DNA of 64,000 nucleotides from Vulcanimicrobiota bacterium (GTDB taxonomy: Bacteria; Vulcanimicrobiota; Vulcanimicrobiia; Vulcanimicrobiales; Vulcanimicrobiaceae): positions 416,001-480,000 of the forward strand of contig CAVZQC010000004.1 in assembly GCA_963777315.1 (NCBI GenBank), in the 5' to 3' direction. Position 1 is the first letter of the stretch, and each line of letters starts with the position of its first letter. A program made the translations under genes and the position numbers. This document shows positions 12,307 to 23,182 of this stretch, piece by piece. The notes beneath the pieces are model-generated. The model searched no databases and had not been told where the DNA came from. It saw only the letters and a program-made list of their open reading frames with translations.

Positions 12307-13188
12307 GTGATTTCGTCATGGGCCGTCACGGTATGGGACCTCGTAAAACGCACGTTCGCTCAATGGCAGGCGCATCGTTCCGCGGAACTGGCCTCGTCCT
12401 TGGCGTTTTATGCGGCGCTGGCGCTGGCCGGTTTGGCGCTCGTCGCTACCTACGTTGCGGCAACGGTCGTGGGACGAGGGCCGGCACGGTCGCATGCGAC
12501 AGGCCAAGCCGGGCATATCGCCGGTTCGCACAACGCGCAGGTTCTCGATACGGTCTTGCGCCAGTCGGCCGGGGAGCACGCCGGGTGGGTCGCTCTCGTG
12601 GTGGGCATCGTCGTTTTCCTGGCGGCCGTAACCGGAACTGCGCTGCAACTGCAAAGCTCGCTCAACACGATATGGGACGTCAAGCCGGAGGCGCATAAAC
12701 ACAAGGCCGCGCACGACACGCGGCACCACGTGCCCGAGTTGCTCGGAATCTACGCGCTCACGCTGCTGCTGATCGTCTTATTGTTTGCCGGTGCGACGCT
12801 GCATGCGCTGACCTATCACACGCATCAACTGCCGGCACTGCGCGGAATGGCATACCAGGCGCTCGACGTCGGCGCGAGCATCGTCGTGCTGACGCTGGTC
12901 TTTGCGTGCATGTTCGGATACCTCCCGCCCGTTGAAATTCGATGGAGGGCGGTGTGGATCGGGGCCTTCGTCAGCGCCGTGCTGTACGAGCGCGGACAGT
13001 TTGGGCTGGCGTTCTATCTGGGTCAGATGGATGCGCGCTCGCCGTACGCCGATGCCGGTGCGATCGTTGCGGTGCTCGTCTGGCTGTACTATTCCGCGCA
13101 AGTCGTGTTGATCGGCGCCGATTTCACCAAAGCGCTGCAGGGACGCTCCGAGAGCCGGCGTGAGAAGCGGAACGCCGCTTCGCAATAG
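12307..13188 (+). CDS. YihY/BrkB family membrane protein
   Basis: [17 protein letters not shown] and [16 protein letters not shown] motifs; multiple TM segments. Confidence 0.85.
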   Translation: MISSWAVTVWDLVKRTFAQWQAHRSAELASSLAFYAALALAGLALVATYVAATVVGRGPARSHATGQAGHIAGSHNAQVLDTVLRQSAGEHAGWVALVVGIVVFLAAVTGTALQLQSSLNTIWDVKPEAHKHKAAHDTRHHVPELLGIYALTLLLIVLLFAGATLHALTYHTHQLPALRGMAYQALDVGASIVVLTLVFACMFGYLPPVEIRWRAVWIGAFVSAVLYERGQFGLAFYLGQMDARSPYADAGAIVAVLVWLYYSAQVVLIGADFTKALQGRSESRREKRNAASQ

Positions 13189-13202
13189 CGTACCCATCGC
13201 AC

Positions 13203-14552
13203 ATGAAGGTTCGGATTCTGACCGCGGCGTTGACGGCGGTCATTGTTTGCGGCATACGTCCCGACGTCGCCGCAGCCAAACCGATCAACTTGCGTCAGCG
13301 CGCCGAGAGCGATTATTTGGATAACTTGCGCGCGCACATAAAGCACGTCGTCATCGTCATTCAGGAAAACCGCTCTTTCGATAACTTTTTCAAAGGCTTT
13401 CCCGGGGCCGACTCCGCGGACACGGGCATGACCGGACGAGGACCGGTCGCGCTGCATCCGGTCGATTTGGATCTTCCGGTGGACGTCGATCATCAGCACA
13501 AGGCGTTCGTGCTGGAATACAACCACGGCAAGATGGACGGATGGGATCGCGTCGACACGCTGCCCAAGCAGAATCCCGATTTTCCCTACGCATATGTGCC
13601 GCACGAACAAATTGAGCCGTACTGGGAGATGGCGCGGCAGTATACGCTGGGGGACAGAATGTTCCAATCGAATACCGGTCCCTCGTTCCCGGCGCATTTG
13701 TACCTCATCGCCGGGCAGTCGGACTTTACGGCCAACAATCCCAACCACATGGAAACGACGCGCTTTGCATGGGGCTGCGATTCGCCGCTCAACGCCCGCG
13801 TGTCGGTGATCGATCCCGACGGACAAGAGGTCGGAGGCCCGTACCCGTGCTTGAATTTTCCGACCCTGGCGGACACTTCGCTGCCCCAAGGAGTGACGTG
13901 GCGCTACTACGCGCCCGGCCTTGACGACCTGGGCAATATTTGGTCGGCATTCGATGCGATCCGGCACATTCGGTATTCGCCGTACTGGGGCAACGTGATT
14001 TCACCCGAAACGCGAGTGCTCAAAGACGCGCGGCGCGGCGATCTGCCGAACATCACGTGGGTCGCTCCGTCTGCGCAGAATTCGGATCACGCGTTCCCAA
14101 AACAGAACACCGGGCGCGATATTTCAGTGCAGGGCGCATACGGCCCGCAGTGGGTCGCCTCTGTCGTGAATTCGATCGGACACGGTCCGCTGTGGAATTC
14201 GACCGTGATATTCGTCATCTGGGACGACTGGGGCGGTTGGTACGATCACGTCGCGCCTCCGCAGCTGGACCGCATGGGGTTGGGAATGCGCGTGCCGTTC
14301 ATCGTGATCTCGCCGTGGGCAAAACGGCATTACGTCTCGCACGTTCAGCACGAGTTCGGAAGCCTGCTCAAGTTCACCGAACTGACCTTCGGATTGCCTT
14401 CCCTGCACACGACCGACGATCGTTCCGATGCATTGCGCGACTGTTTCGACTTTTCGCAGCGCGTCGAGCCGTTTCGTGAAATCCGCGCGATGCGTCAATC
14501 GGCTTTTTTCGAAGATTCGCCCGTCGACGAGGCGCCGGACAGTGATTATTGA
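13203..14552 (+). CDS. Secreted phospholipase C/acid phosphatase (phosphoesterase family)
   Basis: Signal peptide; [34 protein letters not shown] and [12 protein letters not shown] motifs. Confidence 0.9.
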   Translation: MKVRILTAALTAVIVCGIRPDVAAAKPINLRQRAESDYLDNLRAHIKHVVIVIQENRSFDNFFKGFPGADSADTGMTGRGPVALHPVDLDLPVDVDHQHKAFVLEYNHGKMDGWDRVDTLPKQNPDFPYAYVPHEQIEPYWEMARQYTLGDRMFQSNTGPSFPAHLYLIAGQSDFTANNPNHMETTRFAWGCDSPLNARVSVIDPDGQEVGGPYPCLNFPTLADTSLPQGVTWRYYAPGLDDLGNIWSAFDAIRHIRYSPYWGNVISPETRVLKDARRGDLPNITWVAPSAQNSDHAFPKQNTGRDISVQGAYGPQWVASVVNSIGHGPLWNSTVIFVIWDDWGGWYDHVAPPQLDRMGLGMRVPFIVISPWAKRHYVSHVQHEFGSLLKFTELTFGLPSLHTTDDRSDALRDCFDFSQRVEPFREIRAMRQSAFFEDSPVDEAPDSDY

Positions 14553-14571
14553 GCACGGGCGGACCGTATAA

Positions 14572-15836
14572 CTACCGATCGTGCGCGGCGCGAATGGCGG
14601 CCAAAGGAACCGCGAACAGCGTTCCGCCCCGACTGCCGACGATCAGCGTTTGGCCGGCGACGAGCGGCGAGCCTACGTTGAAGGGCGCGCGCATGTTCTT
14701 TCTGCCGATGACGCGGCCATCGGACGCGCGCACCGCCCATAAGTATCCGCCCAGGTCTGCGAAATAGAGCGTCCCGCCGACTTCGGCGATACCGCCCTTT
14801 ATTGCACCGCGCGCAGTCATTCGCCACTCGATCTCTCCGGTTGCGGCGCTCAGGGCATGCATCGTGGGCGCAAGCGAACTTCCGACGTACAGCGTATTGC
14901 CGTACACGAGCGGAATCGCGGCTTCATTGCGCTTGGGCAGAATGCCGGCGTCCAACGCAACGTCCCAGAGCTTTTTCCGGTTCGGACGTCCAGAGCAAAC
15001 GCGCGAAGCTGCGCGGCGCGCTCGGTCTGAACGGGCGTCGCGGAACTGGGCGGCATGACGTAATCGCAGTAGATGCGCACGCCGTCGGTTGCGCTCGGAC
15101 AGTCTCCCAGGCCGGATGCAACGGGCGAGAACAGCGAACGCCAGATCGGAGTTCCGTCTTTCGCGCGCAAAGCCCACACGGCATTTGTATCCACGCCCGA
15201 CGTCACGAACGCATTTGCGCCAATCGGTAATGCCGCGGCCATTGAGGCGATGGAGTGCAAGTTGCGTTCGTAGACGGTGCGCCCGGAAGCAGGATCGACC
15301 CCGAAAATCGTGCCCGAACCGTTATGGTGCACCAGCGTTCCATCGACCACCGCGGGGGTGGGCATGCCGGTTCCCGGCAGATCCTTGCGCCATATCAGCG
15401 CACCGGTTTGAGCGCTGAGTCCGATCAGCGCATTCGGCGGTGCGCCCACGCGAATCGGATGCGAGGGCGAAGCATTGCCGGGACTGTTTTCGTTGCCTTC
15501 ACCGGCGACTACGACGCCGCCGTACACGATCGGCGCGGACATCAATGGATTCGCAACGCGGTAGGTCCAGCGAACTTTGCCGTCGCTCGGATCGATCGCA
15601 AACAACTGACCGGCATTGTTGCCGGCGTAGAGGGTGCCGTCCACCAAGGTGGGACTCGACGAAAAACCGCCCGCCGTCGCAATGCGCCACGACGCTGAAA
15701 GCGTGCCGCGCAGCACGGCGTTGTTGGTGCCGCGCAAGCGAAACTGCGTCCACTGCGACGGGCTTTCTACCGGGGCTTCCGAAGCCATCGCGCAGTGGGC
15801 AAGCAAGCACGCGGTCCAGAGCAGCGGCAAGCGCAT
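14572..15836 (-). CDS. PQQ-like/BamB-type beta-propeller protein; frameshift near 14975
   Basis: Signal peptide and repeated SSP/SAP...LFAIDxxxGKVRW blades; continues in ORF 14572-15177 after TG(K)KLWDV, where an A5 run would need to be A6. Confidence 0.8.
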
Positions 15837-15890
15837 ACCAAATCGGCGCACGTGCGGTGTTGTACCCAAGCGCGCTGGGCGGCTCGCCGA

Positions 15891-16507
15891 CTAAGTCACA
15901 AGAGAGATGTTCCCGAGAACGGCAATCAGCGCGCAGAGCCACGCTCCCCCAAAAAGCGTTCCGCCTGCCACGTCGCTCAGATAGTGCGCGCCCAGGGCAA
16001 GCCGCGACCAATCCACGCCAACGGCCCAAAGCGCTAAAGCGATCGCAACCGGCCATTTCAATTCGCCGGGCAAGCCGCTCGAAGCAGCCACCACGGCCCA
16101 GCCCAGAAACGACACGACGGCAGTTGCAGCGTGGCCGCTGGGATACGAATGGCCCGCATCCAGCCCGATAAGCCAGTAGTCCGGCCGCACCCGTCTGAAC
16201 AGCAGCTTGAACGATTCGACGATGATTTGTGAAACGAACTGGGATGCTGCGAGCACGAGCGGAATCCAAAGCGGCAAGTGCCCGGCGGCGTAGATCGCAA
16301 TTGCCGCCACGTATCCGGCGATAAGCGCCTTGGAGCGGCCGGTTTTCGTCAACAGCAGCGCCAGCGCCGTACCTTGCGATCGAAAGTACACGGCGCGCGC
16401 GTCGAGCGAACGCAGCGGTCTGCGCGACACCGCCCACCCCAAGGCTAGGAACGCCGCGAACAGCACCGACGCGCACGCCCAAAAGCTTCTTGGGTGTGTT
16501 CGCTCAT
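15891..16507 (-). CDS. PAP2 family phosphatase (start uncertain, possible 5' homopolymer frameshift)
   Basis: KxxxxRxRP, SYPSGH and SRLALGAHYLSDV motifs. Confidence 0.85.
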
Positions 16508-17388
16508 TCGTTGAAATCTTGCGGCACCAGCACGTGCAACGCGCCCGGCGAAATGCGAAACCGTGCGGTGGTGGTCCCAAGCGCGTGGCCGTCGATGTTG
16601 AGCGGCTGCTTCGGTTGCGTTTTGACGACGAGCTTGCGTGCCGAAAAATAATGCGAATTCTGCATCTGGGTCTGGTCGCCGCGCAGCAGTGCGGCATTCG
16701 TCGCAATAACGTCCGCTGCCGACGTGCCTGCAGCAGCGAAGAACGTCAGATTGCCGCTGCGAATGCTCGCCTGCGGCGTGAGGGGCTGCCAGCCGTAATA
16801 CCGTCCGCACACGACGATCGCTTGGTGCGTGACGATCCGCAGATCGTTCCCGGGCCACTTTACGCGCAGCGCAAAGGGCTTTCGGCGAAGGATCGGCGCG
16901 ATGGCCGCAACGCCGTATGCGATCGGACCGATGACTTTTTTCAGCGGCTTGGGAGTGCGATTCGCGGCTTCGGCGATGAGCCCTATGGTAGCGAAATTGG
17001 CAAAATACGTGCCGTTTACTCGCCCGACGTCCACGCGGATGCATTTGCCGGCAGCGATCGTTTCGATCGCTTGATCGACGTCGGCCTTGATGCCCAAACT
17101 CAATGCGAAGCTGTTTCCCGTCCCGGAAGGCACGACTGCCAACACGGAATTCGTGTGCGCTAATTCGGCGACGGCTGCAGTCTGGGTGCCGTCGCCGCCG
17201 ATCACGACGATGAGTTTCCTCCCGGACTCCACCGCCTGCCTGATCCGTTTCTTCAGCTCGCGCCGCCGCCGGACCATGTGTGCCTCGGTTATGGCAATGC
17301 CGCGTTTGGGCAGCTCGTCGTGTAGGCGTTGGTAGTATGCCGGACCGTGTCGCGAGGTAAGCCGGCAAATGACGATTGCTTCCTGCAT
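16504..17388 (-). CDS. Diacylglycerol/lipid kinase (YegS/DgkB family)
   Basis: GGDGT, PSGTGNSFA, DVGRVNG and NIDG motifs. Confidence 0.88.
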   Translation of the reverse strand: MQEAIVICRLTSRHGPAYYQRLHDELPKRGIAITEAHMVRRRRELKKRIRQAVESGRKLIVVIGGDGTQTAAVAELAHTNSVLAVVPSGTGNSFALSLGIKADVDQAIETIAAGKCIRVDVGRVNGTYFANFATIGLIAEAANRTPKPLKKVIGPIAYGVAAIAPILRRKPFALRVKWPGNDLRIVTHQAIVVCGRYYGWQPLTPQASIRSGNLTFFAAAGTSAADVIATNAALLRGDQTQMQNSHYFSARKLVVKTQPKQPLNIDGHALGTTTARFRISPGALHVLVPQDFNE

Positions 17389-17459
17389 ATTCGATTATGC
17401 CCTCTCTGCGGCAAAATGCGGCCATTAAGAATTGGTATTTCCAAATTGTTTCTGAACTA

Positions 17460-17487
17460 TTGACACGGTGTGATAAATCTGTACTAC
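17460..17487 (+). promoter_or_regulatory. Candidate sigma-70 promoter of the pilus operon
   Basis: Perfect TTGACA followed 16 nt later by a weak -10 (TACTAC), in an AT-rich intergenic region. Confidence 0.4.
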
Positions 17488-17541
17488 GGGCTTACGGAAG
17501 AGCCCAATTGCATTTTGCCGTCTGCCGTGGGGAGAACGCGC

Positions 17542-19020
17542 GTGACTGCGACAAACAATGCAACGGACCGTGACGTGGACGTTGCGCACATCGACTTAGA
17601 AGCCGATGCTATTCGTCGTATCCCGCGAGCCATGGCGGTGCGGCACGACATCCTGTGTCTGCACAGCGACGGAAGTCGCATTACGGTAGCACTGGCGGAT
17701 CCGGGGGATCGCGACACGATCGATCGCATTCGGCTGGTGACCGGAATGCACGTTCGCGCCGTTCACGCGCGCCGCGATGCGATACGCGCGCGGCTCGCCG
17801 AGATTTATTCGGACCGCGGCACGCGTGCCGGCAGTCTGCACGAGCACGACGCAGACGAAGCGCCTGCGGTTCGCGAGCTCGACGACATGCATGCGATGGC
17901 CGTGGACTGTTGCGCGTCGGACATCCACATCGAGCCCCAACGCAACGGCGGGCGCGTCCGCGTGCGAGTCGACGGGATCCTGTGGGAAAGCGCGGCGTTG
18001 ACGGCAGACCTGTACGGCCAAGTCGTTTCACGCGTGAAACTGCTGGCCGGAATGGACATCGCCGATCGCCGTGCGCCGCAGGATGGCCGCTATGCCATCG
18101 AACTGCGCGGCCGGTCGATCGACGCGCGCGCAAGCTCGATGCCTACGATACTGGGCGAAAAAATCGTTATCCGCCTACTCGACCACCAGACCCACGTTCC
18201 GAGTTTGGAAGACTTGGGCATGCCGGCCGCCCAGCTGGAGCGTTTTCGGCGCACGGTACGGGCGCCGCATGGTTTCGTGGTCGTATGCGGCCCTACCGGC
18301 AGTGGAAAGACCACCACGCTGTATGCGGCCATGTCGGAACGCAACGTCGATTCACAAAATCTTTGCAGCGTCGAGGATCCGGTGGAAGTCCGAATGCCCG
18401 GCGTAGCTCAAGTGCAGATCAACGAACGGGCGGGCGTTACGTTCGCCGCTGCGCTGCGCGCGTTCGTGCGCCAGGATCCGAACGTGATCATGGTCGGAGA
18501 AATGCGCGACGAAGAGACCGCGGCAGTTGCCGCGTCCGCGTCGCTGAGCGGGCAGCTGGTGGTGACGACGCTCCACGCCAACGATGCGCCCAAAACGGTG
18601 GACCGGCTGGTGGAGCTGGGCGTCTCCAGACATACGATTGCCGCCGGTCTGTCGGCGGTGGTGTCTCAGCGTCTGGTTCGGCGTTTGTGCGCGCACTGCC
18701 GCATACCGGTGCAGACGCGCGGCGCTTTGGCAAAGGAATTCGGCTTGCCGGAAGGCTTGCGCGCATATGCGGCGGGAGAGTGCGCCAAGTGCCGCGGCAC
18801 GGGATACGCCGGGCGAACCGCAATCTTCGAGTGGCTTTTCATCGACGACGCGATGCGCGCACTCATTGCGGAGGGGGGTTCGAGCGTCGCGCTAAGGGAG
18901 CTCGCCGTCGCGCGCGGCTACGAGCCTATGGTTGCGGACGCCGTACGGCGAGTGCTCCTGGGTGAAACGAGTTTCGAGGAAGTGCGTCGAGTGCTTCACG
19001 TCGTCGAGAAAGCATCATGA
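17542..19020 (+). CDS. pilB: Type IV pilus assembly ATPase PilB/GspE
   Basis: ASDIHIEP, RAPQDG, GPTGSGKTT, VEDPVE, RQDPNVIMVGEMRD, and a CAHC...CAKC zinc motif. Confidence 0.92.
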   Translation: MTATNNATDRDVDVAHIDLEADAIRRIPRAMAVRHDILCLHSDGSRITVALADPGDRDTIDRIRLVTGMHVRAVHARRDAIRARLAEIYSDRGTRAGSLHEHDADEAPAVRELDDMHAMAVDCCASDIHIEPQRNGGRVRVRVDGILWESAALTADLYGQVVSRVKLLAGMDIADRRAPQDGRYAIELRGRSIDARASSMPTILGEKIVIRLLDHQTHVPSLEDLGMPAAQLERFRRTVRAPHGFVVVCGPTGSGKTTTLYAAMSERNVDSQNLCSVEDPVEVRMPGVAQVQINERAGVTFAAALRAFVRQDPNVIMVGEMRDEETAAVAASASLSGQLVVTTLHANDAPKTVDRLVELGVSRHTIAAGLSAVVSQRLVRRLCAHCRIPVQTRGALAKEFGLPEGLRAYAAGECAKCRGTGYAGRTAIFEWLFIDDAMRALIAEGGSSVALRELAVARGYEPMVADAVRRVLLGETSFEEVRRVLHVVEKAS

Positions 19021-20099
19021 GCGCAGCGTTGGCGCCGGTTCGTTTGATCGAAGTGCTCCACGTCGCTCGGATGCGCAACGCTTCGGACCTCCATCTGGTT
19101 GCCGGTTCGCCCCCGATCATGCGAATCGATGGAGCGCTGGAGGTACAATCCGCTCCGGCATCCGACTCGGATGAAATTGCAGGCATTGCGCGCGAGCTGC
19201 TCGGCCGCGCCGCGCTCGAACGGTTTGACGAAAAAGGTGACGTAAGCCTGACGTACCGCGACGAAGAGATCGGAAGCGTACGCGTGCATGCGTACCGCAC
19301 GTCGAGCGGCGTTTGCTTGGCGATGCGGCTGCTCGCGCGCTCGGTGCCCGCGCTCGAAGACCTTCACTTGCCGCCCGTCGTCGCTTCCTTTGCCGAGCGA
19401 AGCGCGGGCTTGGTGATCTTCGCCGGGCCCACCGGCTGCGGGAAATCGACTGCGCTCGCCGCCGTGGTCGAGCGCATCAACCGCACTGCGTCCAAGCACA
19501 TCATTGCAATAGAAGATCCAATCGAGTATCAGCACCGAGCCAACCGGTGCATCGTCAGCCAGCGCGAGGTAGGCAGCGACGTGCGTTCGTTTGCCGAGGC
19601 GGTCTATGGAGCGCTGCGCTGCGATCCGGACGTCATCCTGATTGGGGAAATGCGCGAACCGGCAACCATGCACGCCGCGCTCACCGCGGCGGAGACCGGG
19701 CATTTGGTGCTGGCCACGCTGCATACCGGCGATGCTCCGCAAACGGTGGACCGGATCGTCGGCGCGTTTTCAGGGGAAATGCAGGAGCAGATACGCATCC
19801 AACTTGCACAGACGCTGATTGGCGTGGTCTGCATGCGATTGGTGCGGCGGGCTTGCGGGCGGGGGCGCCGGCCCGCAGCTGAAATCCTGGTCGGCAACGA
19901 CGCCGTGCGCAACGTCATTCGCGACTCGAAAACCCACCAGCTGCGCAACATCATGTCGACTTCCCGTCAGTCCGGGATGCAAACGCTTGAAACCCATCTG
20001 TCGGACCTGCTGGCGCATCGAGAAATCGCCTTCGCCGCCGCCAAAGGCGTTGCCGAACGTCTAAGCGATTTACGCCTGCCCGAACCAAACCAGGCCTGA
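19017..20099 (+). CDS. pilT: Type IV pilus retraction ATPase PilT
   Basis: ASDLHL, GPTGCGKST, IEDPIE, AETGHLVLATLHT, AVRNVIRD (AIRNLIRE variant), GMQT. Confidence 0.92.
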   Translation: MSAALAPVRLIEVLHVARMRNASDLHLVAGSPPIMRIDGALEVQSAPASDSDEIAGIARELLGRAALERFDEKGDVSLTYRDEEIGSVRVHAYRTSSGVCLAMRLLARSVPALEDLHLPPVVASFAERSAGLVIFAGPTGCGKSTALAAVVERINRTASKHIIAIEDPIEYQHRANRCIVSQREVGSDVRSFAEAVYGALRCDPDVILIGEMREPATMHAALTAAETGHLVLATLHTGDAPQTVDRIVGAFSGEMQEQIRIQLAQTLIGVVCMRLVRRACGRGRRPAAEILVGNDAVRNVIRDSKTHQLRNIMSTSRQSGMQTLETHLSDLLAHREIAFAAAKGVAERLSDLRLPEPNQA

Positions 20100-20100
20100 G

Positions 20101-21318
20101 ATGTCTTTGCTGTACTATTACACCGCCCGCAACGCGGACGGCGCGCTCGTGCGCGGCTCGGTGGAGGCTTCTAGCGAAAACGCCGCTCTGTCGAGCCTGC
20201 GTACGCGTTCGTTATTCGTCACCTCGCTCGAAGGCGAAGGGACCGCTCGCGGTGCACTGCTTGCGGCCTTTTCTCTGGGCTCGGTATCGCAAAAGAGCCT
20301 GGTTGCGTTTTTTCGATCGTTCGCGACGCTGATCGCCGCAGGCGTTCCCATGCGACGCTCGCTGGAAGTGACGATCGAGCAGTGCGCGCACGGGCGAATG
20401 CGGGAAGCGCTATCGTGTATCGTCAACGATATAGAGAATGGGCTCGCGCTCAGTGAAGCGATGGCTCGCCATCCAAAAGAGTTCGGCCGCGTTTTCGTCG
20501 CGACCGTCAAGGCCGGCGAACTGGGCGGAGCGCTGGACGAAGTTCTGGAGCGGCTTGCCAACGTCGTCGAACGGGATCGCGCTTTGCGTAAGCGCGTGGC
20601 TGCCGCGCTGGCGTATCCTGCGGCCGTAGCGTCGGCGGCACTGGCGTTAATCGCGTTTCTGCTCGTCTCGGTCGTTCCCATGTTCCGCTCGATGTACGAT
20701 CAGATGCACGTTCCGCTGCCCTGGATTACGGCCGATTTGCTCGCGTTCGCGTCGGCGCTGAAATCGCCGCTCGTGTGGCTGGCCGGTGCGGCCGCCGTCG
20801 TCGTGCCGTGCGCGATTGCGTTGCGGCTGCGCGGCGGTAAAGGCGCGACGGCAATGGAAGGCGCGCTCGAGCGTCTGCCGATCGTTGGCCCTATTCTGCG
20901 AAAGTCGACGATAAGCCGCATGTCGCGCATGCTCGGGACGCTGCTTGAATCCGGTGTGGGGCTGGTTTCCGCGCTGGACGTCGCGGCCGACGCCGTCACG
21001 GGTGCTGCATACCGCGAAAGTTTGCTCGCACTGCGCCAAGCACTCGCGGAAGGCTCCTCAATCTCCCAGCCGCTGGCTTCGAGCCGGCTGTACGAGCCGC
21101 TGTTCATTCAAATGATTCGCGTCGGTGAAGAAACCGGCGCCCTGGACGCAATGCTGCTGCGCGTCGCGGATTATTACGATCTCGACGTGGAGACGGCGCT
21201 TGCGGCGCTGGGATCGCTGCTCGAGCCGGCAATGATATTGCTGCTCGGAGGCGCGGTCGGTTTCATCGTAGCCGCTATTTTCATTCCGCTCTACACGCTT
21301 ATCGGAAACATCAGATGA
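20101..21318 (+). CDS. pilC: Type IV pilus platform protein PilC/GspF
   Basis: Two GspF repeats (AGELGGALD; VGEETGALD...LLEP...AIFIPLY). Confidence 0.92.
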   Translation: MSLLYYYTARNADGALVRGSVEASSENAALSSLRTRSLFVTSLEGEGTARGALLAAFSLGSVSQKSLVAFFRSFATLIAAGVPMRRSLEVTIEQCAHGRMREALSCIVNDIENGLALSEAMARHPKEFGRVFVATVKAGELGGALDEVLERLANVVERDRALRKRVAAALAYPAAVASAALALIAFLLVSVVPMFRSMYDQMHVPLPWITADLLAFASALKSPLVWLAGAAAVVVPCAIALRLRGGKGATAMEGALERLPIVGPILRKSTISRMSRMLGTLLESGVGLVSALDVAADAVTGAAYRESLLALRQALAEGSSISQPLASSRLYEPLFIQMIRVGEETGALDAMLLRVADYYDLDVETALAALGSLLEPAMILLLGGAVGFIVAAIFIPLYTLIGNIR

Positions 21319-22061
21319 TTGCACTGGATGCCGCCTTGGAATTTTGGATTAACGACCGCTCGCAGGAGAGCCGCGACCGCCTCATCGCGCAATACGGCTA
21401 TTTGCGTGCGCGTGCCGCCCGTAAATTTCAACGCCCCGGCCTGGAGCGCGCCGACCTCGAGCAAATCGCGGCAATCGGCTTGATCAAAGCGTGCGACCGC
21501 TACGATCCTCGATTGCGCACGCCGTTTGAAGCGTTCGCGTGGTTATTCATCATCGGGGAGCTCATGCACTACGTGCGCGATTACGAGCGCCTGGTTCGAC
21601 CGCCGCGGCGCCTACGCCAACTCCAACGCCGAACGCAAGACGCGGCGGACGCGCTGATCTGCGAACTGGGCCGCGAACCGTCCCCGAACGAAGTCACTCG
21701 GCGTGCCGGCGTGAGCCTGATCCAACTCGATGAAATAACGTTGTATCGCGAACAGGCCACTCCACAGTCGATCGATACCCTTCAACCGCATCAGATGCGG
21801 CCCTGCAGCTACACGCTGGACCACCGCGACGATCGGATGGCGCTGGAAGCGGCGCTGGCTCTTTTGACGCAAACCGAACGTACGATCGTATTGGGTTTGT
21901 ATTCTGCGGGATTCACTCTTTCGGAAGTGGCCGAGCGCATGGGATACTCCCGTCGCCACGTTTCGCGTCTGCATCGCGCAGCGCTCAAAAAAATGCACGC
22001 TCGTCTGAGTCCGGCGCAACGCGCGGGCGGGCACTTTCCCTCATGCGAAACGCTTTCGTAG
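21315..22061 (+). CDS. SigB/SigF-type alternative sigma-70 factor
   Basis: DLEQIAAIGLIKACDRYDP, IIGELMHYVRD, VRPPRRL, ELGREPS, and region 4 EVAERMGYSRRHVSRL. Confidence 0.85.
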   Translation: MIALDAALEFWINDRSQESRDRLIAQYGYLRARAARKFQRPGLERADLEQIAAIGLIKACDRYDPRLRTPFEAFAWLFIIGELMHYVRDYERLVRPPRRLRQLQRRTQDAADALICELGREPSPNEVTRRAGVSLIQLDEITLYREQATPQSIDTLQPHQMRPCSYTLDHRDDRMALEAALALLTQTERTIVLGLYSAGFTLSEVAERMGYSRRHVSRLHRAALKKMHARLSPAQRAGGHFPSCETLS

Positions 22062-22073
22062 GAGACACATCAG

Positions 22074-22520
22074 ATGAAGCATCAACGCGGGTTCACCCTT
22101 TTGGAAATGATGATCGTCGTGGCGATCATTGCGATTTTGGCCGGCGTGCTCATACCCAATTTCACTCGAGCGCGCGCGCAGGCTGCGACCTCGGCGTGCA
22201 TGGCGAACGAAAAGGCAATTGCCACGGCTTTGGAACTGTACTTCACGGATCATCAGAGCTATCCGGCCGGCGGTTCGGTCAACTCGGCGTTCGTGACGAC
22301 GATGAACGGCTACATGAATCAGATTCCCGTCGATCCGGCCGCAGGCTCGGGAAAATATTACGCCTACACCACGTCCACCACAGGGGGCGTCACGACGTAT
22401 TCGATTACCTGCCCGGGAGCGCACGATCCGAATACCCTGATGAACCTTACGGGCGGCGCGGCGACGACGGATACGAAGATCCAATACGACAACCAAAACG
22501 GCTTTAGCACCAGCCCATAG
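22074..22520 (+). CDS. pilA: Type IVa major pilin
   Basis: Prepilin motif MKHQRG/FTLLE plus hydrophobic helix; AGGAG RBS; two Cys in the mature head. Confidence 0.88.
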   Translation: MKHQRGFTLLEMMIVVAIIAILAGVLIPNFTRARAQAATSACMANEKAIATALELYFTDHQSYPAGGSVNSAFVTTMNGYMNQIPVDPAAGSGKYYAYTTSTTGGVTTYSITCPGAHDPNTLMNLTGGAATTDTKIQYDNQNGFSTSP

Positions 22521-22522
22521 GT

Positions 22523-23182
22523 ATGTTCGATCCGATTACCCAAGGGCTGGCCGCGGCAAGCTCTCAAACTCCGTTCGCCTTCCCGCTGGCGTTCGCAGCG
22601 GGCGCTGCGACGTGCCTGGGTCCGTGCGTCGCGCCGCGTTTCATCGCAGCGGCGGGACTGGCGGCGAATCGATCGCGCCGCGACGGTGCGCTTGCGATCG
22701 CGTCGTTCGTTGCCGGACTAGTCACGTCGTACGCGTCTTTCGGCGTCCTCGCGCATGCACTCGAGCGTTTGGGCGCGCTGTCCGGCTGGGTGTACGGCAT
22801 CGTCGCCGCGTGTCTTGCGTATGCCGGCGTGCGCGAATTATGGCAAGACGAGAAGCTCTGCGCACACGCCGAGAGGGTTGGTTCGCGCGGCGCAGGCCAA
22901 GCATATTTCCTCGGCGCGTCCTTCGCGCTGGTCGTGTCGCCGTGCTGCGCGCCAATGCTGTTGGGGATCGTGACGTATTCGGCAGCGGCCGGTAATTCCG
23001 GCTATGCCGGCGCACTGCTCGCGTGCTTTGCCCTGGGGCATGCGCTGCCGGTATTCTGCGTGGCCGCCGGCGCCGGCGGCGTTGGGGCGGTGCTGCGCCG
23101 CTATGCGCTGCGACAGGCTGCCGGCGTGGTGAGCGCGACGCTCATGCTCGCATTGGCGGGATATTACGCGGTGCTCGCATGA
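22523..23182 (+). CDS. CcdA/DsbD-transmembrane family redox protein
   Basis: About 6 TM helices with GAATCLGPCVAP and SPCCAP motifs, matching the two PC catalytic motifs of CcdA. Confidence 0.75.
   Translation: MFDPITQGLAAASSQTPFAFPLAFAAGAATCLGPCVAPRFIAAAGLAANRSRRDGALAIASFVAGLVTSYASFGVLAHALERLGALSGWVYGIVAACLAYAGVRELWQDEKLCAHAERVGSRGAGQAYFLGASFALVVSPCCAPMLLGIVTYSAAAGNSGYAGALLACFALGHALPVFCVAAGAGGVGAVLRRYALRQAAGVVSATLMLALAGYYAVLA

Noticed and set aside
14965..14980. Programmed -1 frameshift in the beta-propeller gene
   Set aside because: GGAAAAAG is not a canonical X XXY YYZ slippery site; a homopolymer undercall is simpler.
17400..17541. c-di-GMP riboswitch or CRP site upstream of pilB
   Set aside because: No GEMM-I signature blocks; only a short GGGCT...AGCCC hairpin and a single TGTGA half-site.
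22074..22520. Electrically conductive (e-pilin) interpretation given the neighbouring CcdA-like gene
   Set aside because: Has F1, F24, Y50, F51 and Y57 but lacks an aromatic at position 27; 13 F/Y in 142 mature residues is borderline; no multiheme cytochromes were seen.
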